A stretch of DNA of 64,000 bases from the NCBI GenBank assembly GCA_964585065.1, contig CAZPCB010000003.1, positions 526 through 64,525 on the forward strand, written 5' to 3'. How positions within the stretch are numbered: position 1 is the stretch's first letter; each line of letters opens with the position of its first letter. The notes under the pieces are model-generated. The model was not told where the DNA came from. It made no database searches and saw only the letters and a list, made by a program, of their open reading frames with translations. A program made the translations under genes and the position numbers. Positions 58,425 through 64,000 of this stretch are shown in pieces. Source of the DNA: an uncultured Candidatus Saccharibacteria bacterium. GTDB taxonomy: Bacteria > Patescibacteriota > Minisyncoccia > SW-4-49-11.

Positions 58425-60719
58425 TTAGTTAAAATGCTTTTCAATAATAGCTATTTCAGCATTCACATCCTCATCTGATAGAGATTGCTCTAAATCTCGA
58501 AATTCCAAATGAAATGTATATTTGATAGCAGTGTCTGTTACGAATATATCTCTAAGGTCAATATATTCACATCGTGAAGATACCAATGACTTAATAGCAT
58601 TATAGATTTCCTGAGAAGATAATGACGGAGAAGCAGCAATGGTAACATCTCTTTTTACAGCAGGATATTTAGGAATAGGGATATATTTTTCTATAATAGG
58701 AGTGAGAATACCTACCAAAACGGTAATATCTAATTCTATAACCAAATCTTCACCATGAATCCAACCAATTGGTTGTTCTGCATAGGTAATGATATGCCCC
58801 TCATCATTTACCTGTGTTTTTAATATATTCGTATCAAATCCTAATTGAGTAATTAGTAATACAATATCATGATAAGTTTGATTTATATTCTCAGTAGCGG
58901 TTTTATGTTTATCCCAAAAGGCAATACTCAAATGTAAATGTTGCTCTGCGGTAAACACATGACTTAATTCAAATAATCTCAAAGTATCTCGATAATTTTG
59001 ATTTAATATAACAGCATCAGCCAGGGACCGGGTTAAATTTTGTCTTAAATATGGCTTAGATTCGTCTACCGGGTTTATTAATTTGAGATTCCCCTCAACT
59101 GAATAAGGATAGGTAATAATTTCTATATACCCAATTTTTGCTAAAGTTTCTGATAGTATTCGTTTAAATGCAAATAACGAATTAATAGTTGGGGTAATTT
59201 TCTCAATATTGAGTGTGGCAGGAATTGTATCATATCCATAAAGTCGAGCTATTTCTTCTATATATTCTTCTGGGGTATTCAAATCTAATCTCCAATATGG
59301 TGCTGTTAAATGATATTGATGAGACCCAAATGGCTTATGAACATGTACTTGTAAAGCTTTAAAATAGGCATTGATATTCCCATCCGGAATATCAGCTCCG
59401 ATATAACGACGCACATAATCATAATCGAGATTAACTGTTTTATGGCTAGTGGTATTATGCCCCTTATGGCTATATCCAAGTACTCCAAGCCCTGATTGTG
59501 TTACAAGATGAAGAATACGCTGCATCGCAATATCAGCTAATTCCACGGGTATATTTCGCTCAAAACGCTTGGCTGATTCTGTTAATAATTTTAATCTTCT
59601 GGCTGTCTTGCGAATTCTCTCGGCATTAAAATGAGCACTTTCTATTAAAACTTGTGTAGTTCCATCTCCAACGGCAGTAGCAGCTCCTCCAATAATTCCT
59701 GCTAAGGCAATAATTTGCTCTTCATCACAAATGACAATATCCCCTTCCTCTAATACAATTTCTGTTTCATTAATAGTAAGAAGAGTTTCCCCCTTTTTTG
59801 CTTCTCTGATAGTTAAGGTATTACCTTTAATTTTCTCTACATCAAAAACATGTACGGGCTGCCCAATTTCAAATAAAATAAAATTACCTAAATCAACCGC
59901 AGGATGATGCACTTTTTGATTTAATATTTGTAATAATTTATGTATACGATCATCTAATTTGAATGTATCGGTTTGTACATATAAATCAACTCTATAGGCA
60001 CCCTTACTGAGCACATTAGAATCAAATTTATAATTACTTAATCCAGATAAAGCTAATAGGGAATAATAGGTACAAGCTTCTGTCTCAATTTGAATATATT
60101 TTTTGATTTGTTGCTTTGGAAATGGAGCTAATTCTAGAGGTTTTAATTTTTTTTCTGTAATTAGGGCTACTTCCCTTGCCACCCCATAAAATGACGATGA
60201 GTCACTGGCTCTGGTTCCAAGCCCTTTATTATCAATATCAATAATTGCCTCATCAAGTCCTAATACTTCTGATACCGGTTTTCCTTCTGTTGAATTGGGT
60301 GGTAATATTAATACCCCACTTGATTCTCCCCCATCTAAGCCAAGTTCCTGCGCTGAGCAAATCATACCAAATGAATCTTGCCCTCTTAATTTTACTGCTT
60401 GTATGGTAAGTCCATTTGGTAAAGTTGCTCCAATACGAGCTATAGCAACTTTCTGACCTAATTCTATATTTTTTGCCCCACATACAATGGTTAATACTTC
60501 TCCATTGCCTACAGCAACTTGTGTTATTTGTAATTTATCTGCATTGGGATGTGGCTGTATTTCTTGAATATGACCAACTACTACATTATTAAGACTAGTA
60601 GCGGGATTATATACAGAATCAACTTCATAGCTTTTAAGGGTGATTAAATCTGCTATTTCTTCTGGGGTTTGGGTTAATTCGGGGATGAATTCTAAAAGTG
60701 TAGAGAAGGGAATTTTCAT
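58425..60719 (-). CDS. pheT: Phenylalanyl-tRNA synthetase beta subunit
   Basis: HPNADKL, IVCGAKN, GQPVHVFD, RLDL..EEIARLYGY, YPAVKRD. Confidence 0.96.
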   Translation of the reverse strand: MKIPFSTLLEFIPELTQTPEEIADLITLKSYEVDSVYNPATSLNNVVVGHIQEIQPHPNADKLQITQVAVGNGEVLTIVCGAKNIELGQKVAIARIGATLPNGLTIQAVKLRGQDSFGMICSAQELGLDGGESSGVLILPPNSTEGKPVSEVLGLDEAIIDIDNKGLGTRASDSSSFYGVAREVALITEKKLKPLELAPFPKQQIKKYIQIETEACTYYSLLALSGLSNYKFDSNVLSKGAYRVDLYVQTDTFKLDDRIHKLLQILNQKVHHPAVDLGNFILFEIGQPVHVFDVEKIKGNTLTIREAKKGETLLTINETEIVLEEGDIVICDEEQIIALAGIIGGAATAVGDGTTQVLIESAHFNAERIRKTARRLKLLTESAKRFERNIPVELADIAMQRILHLVTQSGLGVLGYSHKGHNTTSHKTVNLDYDYVRRYIGADIPDGNINAYFKALQVHVHKPFGSHQYHLTAPYWRLDLNTPEEYIEEIARLYGYDTIPATLNIEKITPTINSLFAFKRILSETLAKIGYIEIITYPYSVEGNLKLINPVDESKPYLRQNLTRSLADAVILNQNYRDTLRLFELSHVFTAEQHLHLSIAFWDKHKTATENINQTYHDIVLLITQLGFDTNILKTQVNDEGHIITYAEQPIGWIHGEDLVIELDITVLVGILTPIIEKYIPIPKYPAVKRDVTIAASPSLSSQEIYNAIKSLVSSRCEYIDLRDIFVTDTAIKYTFHLEFRDLEQSLSDEDVNAEIAIIEKHFN

Positions 60720-61696
60720 AATTGTATTTTACCTAACTGAGATGTAAATCGTATATCGGCTGAATGAATTAACCTAATATCATCAATACCATATAATATC
60801 ATTGCAAGTCTTTCTACTCCAAATCCAAAGGCAAAACCTTGTATATTAGGGTCAGTGACACCTCCATTTTTGAGTACTATTCGATTCACCATACCGGCCC
60901 CTGCAATTTCAAGCCAATGATCTTCTATCCAAATATCTATTTCAAAGCTCGGTTCAGTAAAGGGAAAATAGCTTGGACGAAGACGGATTTTGATATCTTG
61001 TTGGAATAATTCTTTGAAAAAATACTGTATAACTCCTTTGAAAGTAGCAATACTTGTATTTGTATCTATCATAAGACCCTCTACTTGATGAAAAACTGTC
61101 TCATGAGTTGAGTCTGTTGCCTCATAACGATATACTTTACCTGGAGCAATAATACGAATAGGTGGCTTATGTGACTCCATATAATGAATTTGTACGGGTG
61201 AAGTATGAGTACGCAATAATGACTTTATTCCTGCAGGATTTTGAACCCATATAGTGTCCCATACATCTCGAGCTGGATGAGAAGCAGGAATATTGAGAGA
61301 ATCAAAATTATATTTCTCAGTCTCAACTTCGGGACCTGTTGCAACAGAAAACCCAATCTCTGCAAAAATATCCTGAATCCTAAATATAAGCCAAGATATT
61401 GGAGATAAGCCTCCTAATTCAGCTTTAATATCAGTAGTATTAATAGGATATATATCAATAGATTCAGCTTTTGTAGCGGGCTTATGCTCAGCAATATAAA
61501 CTTCAATAATTTGCTTAAGTTCATTTACTTTTTGGCCATATTCTGCTTTACCTTCTGGGATAATATCTTTTACCCCTTTGAATAATTCTGCAATATATCC
61601 TTTACGGGACACATATTTATGTTCTATCTCTTCTATTGCTAATCCTTTTTGTATATCCGCTTGATATTCTGCTTGTACTGATTCAATAGATGCCAT
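60716..61696 (-). CDS. pheS: Phenylalanyl-tRNA synthetase alpha subunit
   Basis: HPARD; LRTHTSPVQ; YFPFTEPS; FAFGFGVERLAM. Confidence 0.98.
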   Translation of the reverse strand: MASIESVQAEYQADIQKGLAIEEIEHKYVSRKGYIAELFKGVKDIIPEGKAEYGQKVNELKQIIEVYIAEHKPATKAESIDIYPINTTDIKAELGGLSPISWLIFRIQDIFAEIGFSVATGPEVETEKYNFDSLNIPASHPARDVWDTIWVQNPAGIKSLLRTHTSPVQIHYMESHKPPIRIIAPGKVYRYEATDSTHETVFHQVEGLMIDTNTSIATFKGVIQYFFKELFQQDIKIRLRPSYFPFTEPSFEIDIWIEDHWLEIAGAGMVNRIVLKNGGVTDPNIQGFAFGFGVERLAMILYGIDDIRLIHSADIRFTSQLGKIQL

Positions 61697-61711
61697 ATGC
61701 TATTCTTATTA

Positions 61712-62092
61712 TTATTTTGTCTCTTGAGCGATGAAGAAAAATTCTAAAACAAATACCACTATTGTTAATATTGTAGCACTAAATACATTCCAAAGCAAAA
61801 ATCCTTGCAAAGCCAAATGTAATCCAAATAATAATCCTAATATTAATCCTTGTCTTTCTGAACGTATTAATAAATATGCTGGTTTTTTTGTTTTATTGCG
61901 GAATAAAAACAGCCGTATACCATATCCTATAAAGGCTGTAATAGACCAAATAATAATACTGAAACTTGCAATAAGCCCCCAAACAATGGTTATATTTACC
62001 TCAGTAGGATTGGTTTTAACAATAATATAATATATACCCCCAAGCCCACTTAAGAGTAGTATTGTATTCAGCCATAATAATAGCTTTGTCAT
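61712..62092 (-). CDS. Hypothetical four-TM membrane protein
   Basis: Four hydrophobic helices; SERQG motif. Confidence 0.75.
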   Translation of the reverse strand: MTKLLLWLNTILLLSGLGGIYYIIVKTNPTEVNITIVWGLIASFSIIIWSITAFIGYGIRLFLFRNKTKKPAYLLIRSERQGLILGLLFGLHLALQGFLLWNVFSATILTIVVFVLEFFFIAQETK

Positions 62093-62097
62093 ATTAT

Positions 62098-62634
62098 CTA
62101 TTTTTTATCATAGGCCTCAGCCCCTGTAATTAAAATAGCTTGTGCCTCTGCTTTATCTCCAAATCCTTCAATTTTTACAAATTCATATTTTCCTGGCTCA
62201 AGTTTTTTATAATCAGCCATGAATAATTCTATTTCTTTCTTAAGATGAGATTCAATATCTGCTAAATCTTTAATATGCGAAAGCCTTGGGTCTAATTTAG
62301 TTACTGGGGCACAAATTAATTTATGATCAATTCCTGCCTCATCACTCATTTTAAGTACTCCTACTGCTCTTGCCTTTACCACACATCCAGGAAATGTAGG
62401 TCTTGTTGCAAGCAAAATTACATCCAAGGCATCTCCATCTTGTCCATGTGTTTGTGGTACAAAACCGTATTCAAAAGGATAAATAAGAGGAGAATATAGA
62501 GTTCTATCTAATTTAAAATAGCCCCCTTTTTCATCATATTCAAATTTTGAAGTAGAATTCATAGCAATATCAATTACTACATTAAATTCTTCTGGCAAAG
62601 ATTCTAATCTTGGAACATCAGTATATAGATTCAT
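62098..62634 (-). CDS. ppa: Inorganic pyrophosphatase (family I)
   Basis: KFEYD..LDR..YPFEYGFVPQT..DGDALD..MSDEAGIDHK. Confidence 0.96.
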   Translation of the reverse strand: MNLYTDVPRLESLPEEFNVVIDIAMNSTSKFEYDEKGGYFKLDRTLYSPLIYPFEYGFVPQTHGQDGDALDVILLATRPTFPGCVVKARAVGVLKMSDEAGIDHKLICAPVTKLDPRLSHIKDLADIESHLKKEIELFMADYKKLEPGKYEFVKIEGFGDKAEAQAILITGAEAYDKK

Positions 62635-62664
62635 ATGTATATTAATTAAAACTAATCCTATTAA

Positions 62665-63981
62665 TTATTCGGTCTTTTCAGCTTCTTCTGTAATAATTTC
62701 TTCAGTTACCACTTCTTCGGCCTGAACAGGAGCTTCCACTACTTCAGTATTTTCTTCTGTGGGAATTATTTCCTCTTTTGGTTCAACTATTTCTTCTGTG
62801 ACAACTTCTTCTGTAATCACCTCTTCAACTGGAGCTGATTTAGTCTCATCTTTAGTCTCAGGATTTAAATTAATATCATATCCCGTAAGTCTAGAAGCTA
62901 GGCGAACATTTTGTCCTGACCCTCCAATAGCAAGAGATAATTGATCTTGTGGAACAATCACTTTGGCTTGATGATTTTCCTCATCAATAGTAATAGACTC
63001 AACTTGCGCAGGAGCAATAGCAGCCTTAATGAAATCTTCTAATTTTTCAGAATATTCAATAATATCTATTTTCTCACCACCAAGTTCATTGATAACAGAT
63101 TGTACTCTTGTACCTCTTTGTCCCACACAGGCACCAACTGGATCAATACCATCTCCCTTAGCTTTTACCGCTAATTTTGTTCTTACACCAGCATCACGAG
63201 CAATAGCTACAATTTCAACAGTACTTGAGAAAATTTCAGGAACTTCTAGAGCGAATAATGTTTTTACAAAATCGGTACTTCGGCGAGACAATACAATATT
63301 AGGGTCACGGTCCGTAGTCTCAACATTTTGAATTAAGAATTTATATCTGCTTCCAATACGATAATTATCTGCATATACCTGTTCGGATGGGAATAATAAT
63401 CCTACACCTTTACCAAGATCAACAAATACAATTCCTCTATCCATTCTCTGAACAGTTCCTACAATAATTTCACCCACTCTATCCTTATATACTTCAAAAG
63501 CAGTAGCTCGCTCAATTTCTCGAATTTTTTGCATTAATACTTGCTTTGCTGTTTGAGCTGCAATACGTCCAAATTCTTCTTTGGGTTCTAATTCTTCTAC
63601 AATTTCTTCACCTTCTTTAATATCCGGTTGTATTGCCTGTGCATCTACAAGTGCAATATGTCTATCCGGATTAAATCGGATTTTTCGAATTCCATCTTCA
63701 CTTTCTTCTTGTTCTTGTCCTAATTCCTCAGCTGTTTGATCATCTTTCAGAATAATATATCCTTCCTCATCAGCGGTAACTACGGTCTTATATTGAAAAA
63801 TAGAAAAAATACCAGAATCTCTATTTAATTGAGATTTAATAATTTGGCTTTTTTCCCCATAATCTTTTTTATAGGCAGCAGCAATAGCTGTTTCTATCAC
63901 CTCAATGATTTTCTCTTCTGGAATATTTTTCTCCTCTGCAATTTGGGTAATGGCAAAGGTAAATTGTTTTGCATCTAACAT
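62665..63981 (-). CDS. nusA: Transcription factor NusA with acidic low-complexity tail
   Basis: FGRIAAQTAKQ; S1 and KH domains; DPVGACVGQRG; LAIGGSGQNVRLA. Confidence 0.97.
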   Translation of the reverse strand: MLDAKQFTFAITQIAEEKNIPEEKIIEVIETAIAAAYKKDYGEKSQIIKSQLNRDSGIFSIFQYKTVVTADEEGYIILKDDQTAEELGQEQEESEDGIRKIRFNPDRHIALVDAQAIQPDIKEGEEIVEELEPKEEFGRIAAQTAKQVLMQKIREIERATAFEVYKDRVGEIIVGTVQRMDRGIVFVDLGKGVGLLFPSEQVYADNYRIGSRYKFLIQNVETTDRDPNIVLSRRSTDFVKTLFALEVPEIFSSTVEIVAIARDAGVRTKLAVKAKGDGIDPVGACVGQRGTRVQSVINELGGEKIDIIEYSEKLEDFIKAAIAPAQVESITIDEENHQAKVIVPQDQLSLAIGGSGQNVRLASRLTGYDINLNPETKDETKSAPVEEVITEEVVTEEIVEPKEEIIPTEENTEVVEAPVQAEEVVTEEIITEEAEKTE

Positions 63982-64000
63982 ACTACTATTCTTATCTTAT

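Overview
Low-GC bacterial chromosome segment read with the standard code (code 11), almost entirely coded on the minus strand. The absence of L30 (rpsE abuts rplO), the DUF4012 and RNHCP proteins, the SD-less starts and the 16S features point to Patescibacteria/CPR, probably a Parcubacteria-like lineage that keeps L1. Core content: tuf plus the S10-spc ribosomal protein cluster ending at secY; secE-nusG; pyk, htpX, lemA, lepA, murJ; a stand-alone 16S rRNA gene with its own promoter, processing stem and terminator; VKOR, M3 peptidase, Fe/Mn SOD and a DEDDh exonuclease; rplJL with an L10 leader; Hsp20, PrsW, murB, DUF4012 and a GT4; a UvrD-nuclease fusion; class Ia nrdAB; rplKA, rpoD, dnaG, an Lgt-like gene, ferredoxin, NfuA, rplU, pheST, ppa and nusA. 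Two accessory islands flank the ribosomal cluster. The first, downstream of secY, is a tandem [membrane-anchored Ig-like protein + secreted Cys-rich Fn3 protein] cassette; the start of its second secreted gene, missed by the ORF track, lies at the window edge, and one anchor gene carries a single in-frame stop. The second, upstream of tuf, holds three orphan multi-TM histidine kinases around an ABC-F ATPase. Other oddities: an Lgt with its catalytic residues replaced, a primase lacking all four Zn ligands, and a near-universal U at -1 of start codons. Family assignments come from motif recognition, not database searches.
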